DNA of 47,522 nucleotides from Macrostomum lignano (taxonomy: Eukaryota): contig NIVC01002419.1 in assembly GCA_002269645.1 (NCBI GenBank), positions 43,718 through 91,239 on the forward strand, given 5' to 3'. Of this stretch, positions 10,624-23,000 are shown one piece after another. Both the position numbers and the translations under genes were made by a program. Under the pieces are notes generated by a model. The model was not told the origin of the DNA and did no database searches. It saw only the letters and a program-made list of their open reading frames with translations. Positions within the stretch are counted from its first letter, which is position 1; each line of letters begins with the position of its first letter.

Positions 10624-11718
10624 CCCAAGGAAGGGAGCCGGATGGGATGTCTCGGCGATTCTAGTCGTCTGGGCCGACAAGTTATCGATTTCAGTCGGTT
10701 TGGGCCGGAGCTGAACTTCGGGCTCCATTCCAGAGCCTTAAGTTGACATGAGATCCCCATTTTATCCCCTTTATCCCCTGGGACCCCAAGGAAGGGAGCC
10801 GGATGGATGTCTCGGCGATTCTAGTCGTCTGGGCCGACAAGTTATCGATTGCAGTCGGTTTGGGCCGGAGCTGAACTTCGGGCTCCATTCCAGAGCCTTA
10901 AGTTGACATGAGATCCCCATTTTATCCCCTTTATCCCCTGGGACCCCAAGGAAGGGAGCCGGATGGGATGTCTCGGCGATTCTAGTCGTCTGGGCCGAAA
11001 AGTTATCGATTGCAGTCGGTTTGGGCCGGAGCTGAACTTCGGGCTCCATTCCAGAGCCTTAAGTTGACATGAGATCCCCATTTTATCCCCTTTATCCCTG
11101 GGACCCCAAGGAAGGGAGCCGGATGGGATGTCTCGGCGATTCTAGTCGTCTGGGCCGACAAGTTATCGATTGCAGTCGGTTTGGTCCGGAGCTGAACTTC
11201 GGGCTCCATTCCAGAGCCTTAAGTTGACATGAGATCCCCATTTTATCCCCTTTATCCCCTGGGACCCCAAGGAAGGGAGCCGGATGGATGTCTCGGCGAT
11301 TCTAGTCGTCTGGGCCGACAAGTTATCGATTGCAGTCGGTTTGGGCCGGAGCTGAACTTCGGGCTCCATTCCAGAGCCTTAAGTTGACATGAGATCCCCA
11401 TTTTATCCCCTTTATCCCTGGGACCCCAAGGAAGGGAGCCGGATGGGATGTCTCGGCGATTCTAGTCGTCTGGGCCGACAAGTTATCGATTGCAGTCGGT
11501 TTGGGCCGGAGCTGAACTTCGGGCTCCATTCCAGAGCCTTAAGTTGACATGAGATCCCCATTTTATCCCCTTTATCCCCTGGGACCCCAAGGAAGGGAGC
11601 CGGATGGGATGTCTCGGCGATTCTAGTCGTCTGGGCCGACAAGTTATCGATTGCAGTCGGTTTGGGCCGGAGCTGAACTTCGGGCTCCATTCTGGTGCTT
11701 AAGTTGACATCCCCTTTG
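10624..11718 (-). repeat. 161-bp satellite array, right arm, inverted (~6.8 units)
   Basis: Reverse complement of the same unit; period ~160-161 with homopolymer indels. Confidence 0.97.
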
Positions 11719-14007
11719 TTTAATACTAGTTATAGTACTCGTATGCGTGAAGTGATTAAATTTAGCTATATTTAATACGACCATACATTTGTGCATCACC
11801 TCATATTTTCACTGTACACGCTTATTTCACCTCTGAAATTTGAGTGAAAACATAATGGAAATGCATAATGGACAAATTTTTAAATCAGTCTTGACGTGCA
11901 CAGCAGGCCATACATGTGGTTTTTTGATGCCATGTATTTTTCAATCTCTGGACTTTTGAGCCGTTTCGTTATGGCCTGCGGTGCAGGCCTTTGGCTTCCA
12001 AATGGCTAAACAGCAGGTTTTAATTGATGCGGCTCACACTAGCTATTAGTCAAACATCAAGGTCGCGTCTGTTATCGCCGCTTCAACGACTCTAGCTGAC
12101 ATACCACATTGTCCACACCGAGCCATACTGCCCACAGCCGGAATTGCTGATACTCACCGACGAACTGCTCGCCACAGGAGATTATCCCGCAAAGGATCTT
12201 AATTCCGCCTGCCCTGAGAGTATATCTAAAGGGGGTCCATGCATGCAGTGTTCGTATTTAATAACAAATTTTATCATTTAACGAGTTAACCCTCAGGTGT
12301 AATTTAATGTCCAACAGTTACGTCGGCGCAAGCTACAGAGGTTTCCATGACGTTTACTGCTACAGGAAGCTGCTGGCTGCATCGAGCTGCTTGGGCAGCG
12401 CAGAGTGCTATCCGACAATCCTTCTTTAGAAGATGGGTATATTTTCCAAAAAACTAGACAAAACTACCTAGCATAGCAAATTATTAGCGGAAAAATCTTG
12501 CCAGAAAAACTTAGCGAACAAATCGAGTAGTCTTTGGTAGCTATCTGTCTTCTCGGCAACCAACGGTAGTCAAACGATAAACAAACACACATAAATTTCT
12601 TTTTATGATAATTTGGGCAAAACAACATTTAATTCTGAAATAAATTGCAACCATTCATTAGTTTTAATCCTATTGTCAACGTACCTAAGTACCTTTCTAT
12701 CCTACTATCGCTTTGATGTACGTCTTGGTAGCTTGAAAGGCTTACTACATGCAACGGATTTTTAATAACGCTTTGCGATAATTAAAATTTGTGCGTTCTA
12801 TGAAAACTTAAACGGAAATTTGAATAATTTCGAGACTCCAAATCACGGTGACCGGCCGGCACTCTGTCCAGTCGAGAGCAGTGTTGCCCCAATAAAATTT
12901 AGAAATAGAATATGCACTTCAGCTGTCAAACATTAGGTCAGATAGATCGATTTCAAGATCCAACCCAATCGTCATCGTCAATCGTCATTGAGTCTTGTTT
13001 ATTAGTTTTCTACGAATACGATTACGAATACTACGATAGTGTCAATAGACAAATTTTATTTCTAGTATTGTATTTGTATTGTATTTATGATACAATTATA
13101 AATACACAACACAGTACATTTAATATGTTGTAAATATTGTTTAAATTTGATGCTTTTTGATAGTAAAACTACTTTACAGACACAATCCTCAGAGACAGGG
13201 TGGCTATAATAATATGCACCCTGGTGGGCCTAGTATACTTTAAGTGAAATTTTCACATATTGCAAAAGGCATTACTGCCCACAATGGTATATATACTTAT
13301 ACAGTGCAGTGGCCCCTAAGGCCTAACTAGTCTTTATTTATCAATAATAAAGTACAAATTATGGAATTAATAGCCTACCCTTGAGGCCTAACCTCTTAAG
13401 GTGCAATAAAGTGTATAAATATATGGCTAAGGTATTAGGCATTAATTTCTTAAGCAGATCCTTGCTAAGATTCTAAATTAGCCTTAAATTAATATGCCTA
13501 CACTTGGATTTGGAATTTAGCCTAGGCTATTATTACATAAGACTAAGAGTGCCATACTATCTATGGACCACTTGACTTAGGTTGCTGCCTTTAAAGAATT
13601 AATAATTAGTTAATAAATAGCTTAAGCTTTGAGTAACTAATTTTTTTAATATAATTATAGTAGAATATATTAGAATAGAAAATATTCAACAAATAGCCAG
13701 GTTGAGTACTTAATTTTTATAGGCTTAATGTATCAAGATATATTAGCAGCAATAGGGGCCTAGTTTATATAATAGGATCTCTCTTTGTATTTAGTTGTTA
13801 TTATAGTTTTAATTTCTTAATTGATAATTTTTTGAACATTAGAGTTCTTCTATAATCTACATATTATATTTTAAAATACAAGGATTTTAATATATTTTTA
13901 TTTAAATATATTTTTTAATTATATATATTATAGTTAGTTATTATTTAAATTAAAATTTTATAAGAATGCTATTTTTATTATTTCAGTTGCTGAGTACATC
14001 AAATTTG

Positions 14008-17000
14008 ATGATGGAAGCATTTGTAACATTGTCTACAAATGACTCTTATGCTATTGGTGCCTTAGTATGGGCATACGCATTGCGCCAATTGCAAACATCT
14101 AAACATATTTGCATCATGGTTACAGATGCTGTTAGTCATGAGTTAAGGTAAGAATAATTTTTAATTTGCTTATCTTGATTGGTTAAAACTTTTGTGGTGA
14201 CCTATGTGCTTTTTATTGAAAGGCATAGAAATATATATCTTTAATTGATAATTTCCATTTAGAATAGGGTCAAGCTTATATTTAATGACCTTTTTGCCTA
14301 TGTAATGGGTTTAAAATTCTATCTAGATTAGTTATAAGCAATAGTACCAACATTGATAGTGGACACTTGAGGCATTGGGGGTATGCACAAAAATTAGTGC
14401 CAGGGATGCTAAAATATATGTCAGGGAGGCTGAAATGTTTGTCAGGGATGCTCAAATGTGTGTCAAGGATGCTAAAATGTGTGTCAGGGATGCTCAAATT
14501 TGTGTCAGGGAATGCTCAAATGTGTGTCAGGGATGCTCAACTGTGTGTCAGGGATGCTGAAATGTTTGTCAGGATGCTCAAATGTGTGTCAGGGATGCTC
14601 AAATTTGTGTCAGGGATGCTCTAATGTGTGTCAGGGATGCTAAAGTGTTTGTCAGGGATGCTGAAGTGTTTGTCAGGGAATGCTAAAATATGTGTCAGGG
14701 ATGCTAAAATGTGTGTCAGGGATGCTCAAATTTGTGTCAAGGATGCTCAAATGTGTGTCAGGGATGCTAAAGTGTTTGTCAGGGATGCTGAAGTGTTTGT
14801 CAGGGATGCTAAAATGTGTGTCAGGGATGCTAAAATGTGTGTCAGGGATGCTCAAATGTGTGTCAGGGATGCTCAAATGTGTGTCAGGGATGCTCAAATG
14901 AGAGTCAGGAGAGCCAAATGAAAGCCAGAGGCGCAAAAAAGATTAATATTTTGGGTATTCGATTGCTATCATGCCAGCGCAATGAGCGTCAAGAAGACTT
15001 TAAAAAAGGCAAAATCAAAACCCGTTACTGTTCAGTCCTTCCCCGCGCCATAAAACCCGTGGCAATCCGCCCTGTTGCCAGGTCGCTGCTGGCCGAGGTG
15101 GCGGACTCTGTACAGCCGGTGCAGCCTGTCCTCGTTCCGGCGTCGGCAACTTCGGCTGCCACGGCCGCTTTGAACCTCCTCGGCCGGCCGGACCTGCAGG
15201 GCGAGTCGCTGGGCCTGGCCAAACTGCGGGTCTGGCAGCTCTCGCAGTTCGCCAAGGTGGCCTACATGGACGCCGACACGCTGCCGCTGGTTAACATCGA
15301 CGAACTGCTCGACAGGGACGAGCTGTCGGCGGCGCCCGACCCCGGCTGGCCGGACTGGTTCAACTCTGGCGTCATGGTGCTGCGGCCCAGCGAGGCCACC
15401 TTCCAGCTGCTGATGCGGCGGGCTGCTGACTCGCCAGGCAGCTTGGTGGACGGCTCCGACCAGGTGACCATGGACGCTCATCGGAATCGCTAAAAGTCTT
15501 CCCAAGAATCGCTCGTTAATCTCCCCTGAGAATCGCTCGTTAATCTCCCCTGAGAATCGCTCGTTAATCTCCCCTGAGAATCGCTCGTTAATCTCCCCTG
15601 AGAATCGCTTATTTATTTCCCCTGAGAATCTCTCATTAATCTCCCCTGAGAATCGCTCGTTAATCTCCAAAAAAATCTCTCATTAATCTCCCCTGAGAAT
15701 CGCTCGTTAATCTCCAAAAAAATTGCTCATTAATCTCCCCTGAGAATCGCCCATCAATCTCCCCTAAGAATTGCCCGTCAATCTCTCCTAAGAATCGCCC
15801 GTCAATCTCTAGGAATTGCCCACCAATCTAATTTAAGAATCGCCCACCGATCTCATTTAGGAATCGCCCATCAATCTCCCCTAGGAATCGCCCATCAATC
15901 TCCCTTAAGAATCGCCCATCAATCTCCCCTAAGAATCGCCCATCCATCTCCCCTAGGAATCGCCCATCAATCTCCCTTAAGAATCGCCCATCAATCTCCC
16001 CTAAGAATTGCCCATCAATCTCCCCTTAGAATCGCCCATCAATCTCATTTAAGAATCGCCCAATTATCTGCCCTAGGAATCGCCCATCAATCTCCCCTAA
16101 GAATTGCCCATCAATCTCTCCTAAGAATCGCCCGTCAATCTCCCTTAAGAATCGCCCATCAATCTCATTTAAGAATCGCCCATCAATCTCATTTAAGAAT
16201 CGCCCATCAATCTCCCCTAAGAATCGCCCATCAATCTCCCTTAAGAATCGCCCATCAATCTCCCTTAAGAATCGCCCATCAATCTCCCCTAAGAATCGCC
16301 CATCAATCTCCCTTAAGAATCGCCCATCAATCTCCCTTAAGAATCGCCCATCAATCTCCCTTAAGAATCGCCCATCAATCTCCCCTAGGAATCGCCCATC
16401 GATCTCCCCTAAGAATCGCCCATCGATCTCCCCTAATAATCGCCCATCAATCTCCCCTAGGAATCGCCCATCAATCTCCCTTAAGAATCGCCCATCGATC
16501 TCCCCTAGGAATCGCCCATCAATCTCATTTAGGAATCGCCCAATTATCTGCCCTAGGAATCGCCCATCAATCTCCTTTAGTAGTAATCGCCCATCAATCT
16601 CCCCTAGGAATCGCCCATCAATCTCATTTAGTAGTAATCGCCCATCAATCTCCCCTAGGAATCGCCCATCAATCTCCTTTAGTAGTAATCGCCCATCAAT
16701 TTCCCCTAGGAATCGCCCATCAATCTCCCCCAAAAATCGCCCATCAATCTCCCCTAGGGATCGCCCATTAATCTCCCCTAAGAAACGCCCATTAATCTCC
16801 TTTAGTAGGAATCGCCCATCAATCTCCCCTAAAAATCGCCCATCAATTTCCCCTAGGAATCGCCCATCAATCTCCCCTAAAAATCGCCCATTAATCTCCC
16901 CTAAGAAACGCCCATTAATCTCCTTTAGTAGGAATCGCCCATCAATCTCCCTTAAGAATTGCCCATCGATCTCCCCTAGGAATCGCCCATCAATCCCTCT

Positions 17001-20000
17001 TAGAGCCGCCATAAATCGCCCCTAAATCTCCCCAACGCCAATGACTATCCAGTCGCACTCTTCCCTCCCAGGGCCTACTGAACACGTGCCTGGCGGACCG
17101 ATGGAAATCTGCGGACATCTCCCGCCGCCTGCCATTTGGCTACAACTGCCTGTCCTACGCGTTCTATTCTTATTTGCCTGCGCTGCGGCATTTCCGCGAC
17201 TCTATCAAAGTTGTGCACTTTGCCGGCGCCGGCCAGAAGCCCTGGCAGTTGAGCCGGCGGCCATTGATGGACCAGACGGCCGAGTTTCGGGCTGAGTTCC
17301 TTGGCGAATGGTGGACCGTCTACGATGCTTGCGTGCTGCACCGGCTGGCCTCGGCCGGACACTCGGTGAGTGTGAAAACCCCATTTATTAGGTCTAATTA
17401 GGTAATTAATTAGATGACGAGGCAGTTGAGCCTGAGATTTTTAGTATCGTTATTACTCCAGCCTTTTACCAGCGCTTTATTGTGCACCTCGATTTCCTAT
17501 TGATTCTTACAAGTACTTCAGTACTCGTTCTTTTGAGAAGGCCAACCCCTCTTTAGTTGGCCTCTCCTGCCACCCTCTCCCTGGTCTTTTAGCAGGCCGC
17601 CATCTCCCCCTCCCCGGTGTTTTAGCAGGCCGTTTCCGCCACCCTCCCCTCCCCGATGCTTTAGCTTAGTAGGCCGCCCCCTCCCCCTCCCCGGTGCTTT
17701 AGCTTAGTAGGCCGCCCCCTCCCCTCCCCGGTGCTTTAGCTTAGCAGGCCGCCCCTCCCCTCCCCGGTGCTTTAGCAGGCCGCCCCACTCCTCCCCGGTG
17801 CTTTAGCAGGCCGCCCCACTCCTCCCCGGTGCTTTAGCAGGCCGCCCCACTCCTCCCCGGTGCTTTAGCAGGCCGCCCCTCCCCTCCCCGGTGCTTTAGC
17901 AGGCTGCCCCTCCCCTCCCCGGTGCTTTAGCAGGCCGCCCCTCCCCCTCCCGGTGCTTTAGCAGGCCGCCCCACTCCCCCGGTGCTTTAGCAGGCCGCCC
18001 CTCCCCCTCCCCGGTGCTTTAGCAGGCTGCCCCTCCCCTCCCCGGTGCTTTAGCAGGCCGCCCCCTCCCCCTCCCGGTGCTTTAGCAGGCCGCCCCCTCC
18101 CCCTCCCCGGTGCTTTAGCAGGCCGCCCCCTCCCCCTCCCCGGTGCTTTAGCAGGCCGCCCCCTCCCCCTCCCCGGTGCTTTAGCAGGCCGCCCCACTCC
18201 TCCCCGGTGCTTTAGCAGGCCGCCCCTCCCCCTCCCGGTGCTTTAGCAGGCCGCCCTCCCCCTCCCCGGTGCTTTAGCAGGCCGCCCCACCCCACCCCTG
18301 TGCTTTAGCAGGCCGCCCCCACCCCACCCCGGTGCTTTAGCAGGCCGCCCCACTCCTCCCCTGTGCTTTAGCAGGCCGCCCCTCCCCCTCCCCGGTGCTT
18401 TAGCAGGCCGCCCCCACCCCACCCCGGTGCTTTAGTAGGCCGCCCCCACCCCACCCCGGTGCTTTAGCAGGCCGCCCCCACCCCAACCCGGTGCTTTAGC
18501 AGGCCGCCCCCACCCCACCCCGGTGCTTTAGTAGGCCGCCCCCACCCCACCCCGGTGCTTTAGCAGGCCGCCCCACCCCACCCCGGTGCTTTAGCAGGCC
18601 GCCCCCACCCCACCCCGGTGCTTTAGCAGGCCGCCCCCACCCCCCCCGGTGCTTTAGCAGGCCGCCCCACCCCACCCCGGTGCTTTAGTAGGCCGCCCCT
18701 AGAAGAGCGGCTGCTTTTGTGATTGTGAATACAATTTTAAACCGGAACGAGTTTGCTTGTTTTATTATAATTGCCATTCCGTCTCTGCTTACCCTGAACA
18801 TGTCTGTGCAGTCCTCAGGTATAGCTGTGCCTCTTTAACAACTTTGTTTGTTTGCATTATACGATAGCATTTTGGTTGTTGGCATGTCGTGCCCTGCTTA
18901 AATACGTAAATTAATGGAATTTCCAGGTGCTTTGCGATTTGCGTGCTTACAGTTTATATAAACCTGTTTCCATGGCGCGCAAGTCGAAGTGAAACTGCTA
19001 CTTTTTCAATTTCAATTGTAGAAAACTATACTTCCGTTCTAGATTAATAACTATTGTAAATTAATACGATAATAATTGCAGTTTTTTGCACACTATTGCA
19101 GCCCGTGTCCACAGTGGTCTCAGGTGTTTATTGACTTTATTGCAGCCCGTGTCCACAGTGGTCTCAGGTGTTTATTGACTTTATTGCAGCCCGTGTCCAC
19201 AGTGGTCTCAGGTGTTTATTGGCTTTATTGCAGCCCGTGTCCACAGTGCTCCCAGGTGTTTATTGGCTTTATTGCAGCCCGTGTCCACAGTGCTCCCAGG
19301 TGTTTATTGGCTTTATTGCAGCCCGTGTCCACAGTGCTCCCAGGTGTTTATTGGCTTTATTGCAGCCCGTGTCCACAGTGCTCCAGTGTTTATTGGCTTT
19401 ATTGCAGCCCGTGTCCACAGTGCTCCCAGGTGTTTATTGGCTTTATTGCAGCCCGTGTCCACAGTGCTCCCAGGTGTTTATTGGCTTTATTGCAGCCCGT
19501 GTCCACAGTGCTCCCAGGTGTTTATTGGCTTTATTGCAGCCCGTGTCCACAGTGCTCCCAGGTGTTTATTGGCTTTATTGCAGCCCGTGTCCACAGTGCT
19601 CCCAGGTGTTTATTGGCTTTATTTCAGCCCGTGTCCACAGTGCCCTCAGGTGGAATTGGCTTTATTGCAGCCCGTATCCACAGTGCCCTCAGATGGAATT
19701 GGCTTTATTGCAGCCCGTGTCCACAGTGCCCTCAGGTGGAATTGGCTTTATTGCAGCCCGTGTCCACAGTGCCCTCAGGTGGAATTGGCTTTATTGCAGC
19801 CCGTGTCCACAGTGCTCCCAGATGTTTATTGGCTTTATTGCAGCCCGTGTCCACAGTGCCCTCAGGTGGAATTGGCTTTATTGCAGCCCGTGTCCACAGT
19901 GCTCCCAGGTGTTTATTGGCTTTATTGCAGCCCGTGTCCACAGTGCCCTCAGGTGGAATTGGCTTTATTGCAGCCCGTGTCCACAGTGCCCTCAGGTGGA

Positions 20001-23000
20001 ATTGGCTTTATTGCAGCCCGTGTCCACAGTGCCCTCAGGTGGAATTGGCTTTATTGCAGCCCGTGTCCACAGTGCCCTCAGGTGGAATTGGCTTTATTGC
20101 AGCCCGTGTCCACAGTGCTCCCAGGGTGGGTTTTGTTTTTTCGCACCTGCCCAGTAATCACCCAGAGGACTTCAAGTTTAATTGTATTTCTAAACTATTA
20201 AATCGGAGTCTCCATGCTCAATCGGACTGAACTACAAATTGACTGACGACCCACCGCATCTGCAGCTGCTTCACCTCGTCGACTGGCCGCCCAGTAAACT
20301 GTCCCAGCAACAGCCTGGTGGTCAGACTGGCGCAGTCCCCCAGAATTATCCCCCCTAATCCCGCCGCACTCCCCGCCCAGCTGGGCTGCCCCCTGGCAGC
20401 AGCTGCCCACCCCGATGCCGTACCGGCCGCCAGCCGATGTCCCGGTGTTTTATCCGGCAGCTGAGAGCGGCGGCGGAGGCGGTGCGGCCATAGACTACTG
20501 CGCCGAGCCCAGGCGGTTCACCCCGCTAGACACTCACTATGCCGAGCCGCCGATGGGCGGAGTAGCCGAAAGCGGCGACTTGGGCATGCCGGCAATGTAC
20601 TCAGGCCAAGAGTTCTCCGCCTGCAATAGCAGCGCAGACGGCCTGCCAGCTGGCCAGGATAGTGACAGTAATAAGGAGAATGCCCCGAAATTCAATAGAT
20701 TTATTGAAGAGACCAGTGTCGCCGCTGACCAAGCTGCGCCTGATGCCCAGACGGAAGCTGGCCAGGAGGATCAGAAGGCTGATGAGGATCGGTACCCAGC
20801 AGTGCAGGTCAGCCGGGAGCTCACTGAGCCAACTGGCTACAGCACCCAGATGGCCAAGTACCAGACTGACGACACTAAAGCCGCTGCCAGGAAGCAGCAG
20901 CGCGCTCTGATCCGGGCGATCTGCTCTCACCCGGTCGGTCCGGCGGCTTCCGCTGCGTCATCGGCGTCCAATAGAAGTCGCCGGTACGCCAGTCGCAGGC
21001 AGCGGTCTCGCCAGCGTAGGAGCCTGCCGAGACAGCTGGCTGCCGAGGCCTTCGAAGCCTCTGGCCTGGGGGACGATGAGGACCGGGCGGTCACCGCCTC
21101 GTCCGCCTCGACCGGCTCCTCCATGGCGTCGCCTCCGTCGGTGTCCCGGCTGGCGCAGTCGCTCCTGCTGGCTGGCCAGTCGCTGTTCGCCGGGCCCGGT
21201 AAGAGTCGGCAGTCGTCGCGGGCTGCTGTGTCAGCCTCGCCGTCTCCGCCGCCGACTCCGGTATCGACTCCGAACCACGAAGAAGAGTTTGATGGAGCTG
21301 GCGCTGAGCCAGCTGCTGCTGCAGAAAGTCAGCAGCTGGCGCATCAGCAGCTGACCAGACGGTCGCTCAAGCATCGGCTGGCCTCCGTGGCTGACAAAGC
21401 TTCCACGTCTTCGTCCATGCCTTCGCGACGGAGCAAAGGAAAATTTTCCTACTCCAAGGTGGCTTGTGAAGGAAAATATGCTCTAGCAGCAAAATCCACT
21501 TCTAGTCCGCTAATAATTGCAGCAATATAAAATGATTTAAATCGCTAATTTAGTAGATCAATAGTGAGGCAAAATTGATCCAGTAGTCTTTGCGAGCACT
21601 AATTGCACCTCGTAGATTTTTTATTGTTGTCTGATTTCATTGTTTGAGCCCAGTTTTGTTGCCAAGTGTTCTCGAATTTCTGCATTTCCTCCTTTTCTCC
21701 TTTTCGTAGCACAGAGCTATTTTGGGCTGCGTCACAAAGATCTGCAGAATATTGGAGAGGCCGGAGGATGAGCCTAATTGCCACACTTTGCTTTGGCAGG
21801 ACAGTGACAGGAAGTGACATTCACCCAGACACTCAGCTGCCCGAACCTCATCCGGCCTGCTCGACCCCATCTCTGGGCTTCCCGACCCCACCCCTAGGCT
21901 TGCCCCACCCCACCTCTGGCCTGCCCCCACCCCCGCCTCCGGGGCCTCCTCATCGCTGATTGGCTCCCCCTCGCTGATTGGCTCCCCCTCGCTGATTGGC
22001 TCCCCCTCGCTGATTGGCTCCCCCTCGCTGATTGGCTGGCCAACCAAAGCTATTGATTGGCCAGCCAATCAGCGACGTGGCCAGACCGTACCATTTTCCT
22101 ACTACTCAGTAGGGGCAAAGATTCAGGGGCGAGTGATTTTGGGTGGTCCTGACTGCGAAGCTACTTTCTATTACACGGTCTGGCTCCACCAAACCGCTTT
22201 TAATCGACCAGGTCCGGCCTCCTCAGACACCACTCTCCTCCGGCGGAAACTTCCCTTCAGGCAGGGTCGCTGCAGGCAACTGGGGATCATTTGCACCACT
22301 GGTTTCCCTTGAGCCGGGAGAAACCCCGTATACCAGGTGAGAGCCTGTCACTCCGTCGCCGAACACACTCCAAGGCCTAGAGTGACCGTCTTTATAGCGA
22401 ATTAGAAAGATTTTATGGTCTGTAGTTAGCCATATCTCATATCTCTGCTTTGCCGCTGTTGTGACCGGGTAGCTTTGCAATTTTTCACGATTCACGACAC
22501 CTGTCGCCTTGATGTGCAGTCTTTCGGCACTTACGCCACTTCCTGCGCGCAAACACTATTTTGAGTAGGCAGGTAATGCGCGCGCTTATCAGTTATAATG
22601 CGGAGACAAGGAGCGCAGAGTATCTGTATTGAAGTATACCGACATGAGTTGTAGAGCAAAATAAGACCGAACTTATGACTCAATAAAAGTTTGCATACAG
22701 CGCTTATCTTGATCAAGGCGGGAGGATGGCACAGTGCAGTAATGATGCATATTTGGAATCTATAGCTACTATCTCGCTGTTTGTTTCATTCATTGGAGGG
22801 GCCTAGATACCTTTCATGTCTTCTGCTTTGGCTTCCTGACTCGGCTTCTGTGTTGTGTGTTTATGTGTTTATATATGTCGGCTTGCTTTTAGCTCTGTTC
22901 CAGGGGTATTTGTCTTGACGTTGTGTCCACTGTCTCTTTTTCAGTGCTACCTCTTGCCATATTCACTGTGGTCATTCCCGGCCATCTTCACTGTCATTCC

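Larger units (their letters stand above)
8361..11718. mobile_element. Foldback-like element: inverted satellite arms with matching terminal inverted repeats around a unique loop
   Basis: Left end CAAAGGGGATGTCAACTTAAGCACCAGAATGGAGCCCGAAG (8361) is the exact reverse complement of the right end (to 11718). Arms are 161-bp tandem units in opposite orientation; loop 10051-10623. No clear target-site duplication (flanks ...GCAGT / TTTAA...). Confidence 0.7.

Noticed and set aside
8549-11690. Many 65-134 aa ORFs (MEPEVQLRPKPT...)
   Set aside because: Frame rotation through a 161-bp satellite; no protein motif.
8361-11718. CRISPR-like array
   Set aside because: Units are contiguous with no unique spacers, there are no cas genes, and the context is eukaryotic.
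12286-12293. TTAACCCT piggyBac-like left terminus
   Set aside because: Wrong side and orientation for the relic at 8085-8266; no matching AGGGTTAA seen.
16026-17012. 328-aa ORF (IDGRFLGE)n
   Set aside because: Antisense reading of an intronic 24-bp minisatellite.
19076-20230. Cys-rich 329-384 aa ORFs
   Set aside because: Open in all three frames of a 44/43-bp intronic repeat.
20266-20358. Glycogenin exon starting at 20266 (LLHLVDW...NYPP*)
   Set aside because: It gives a premature stop unless a C is added at 20350-20355; an in-phase acceptor at 20398-20399 with a CTAAT branch site needs no correction. Not excluded as a short isoform.
22223-22552. 109-aa minus-strand ORF in a glycogenin intron
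   Set aside because: No recognisable homology or partner exons; a search would be needed.
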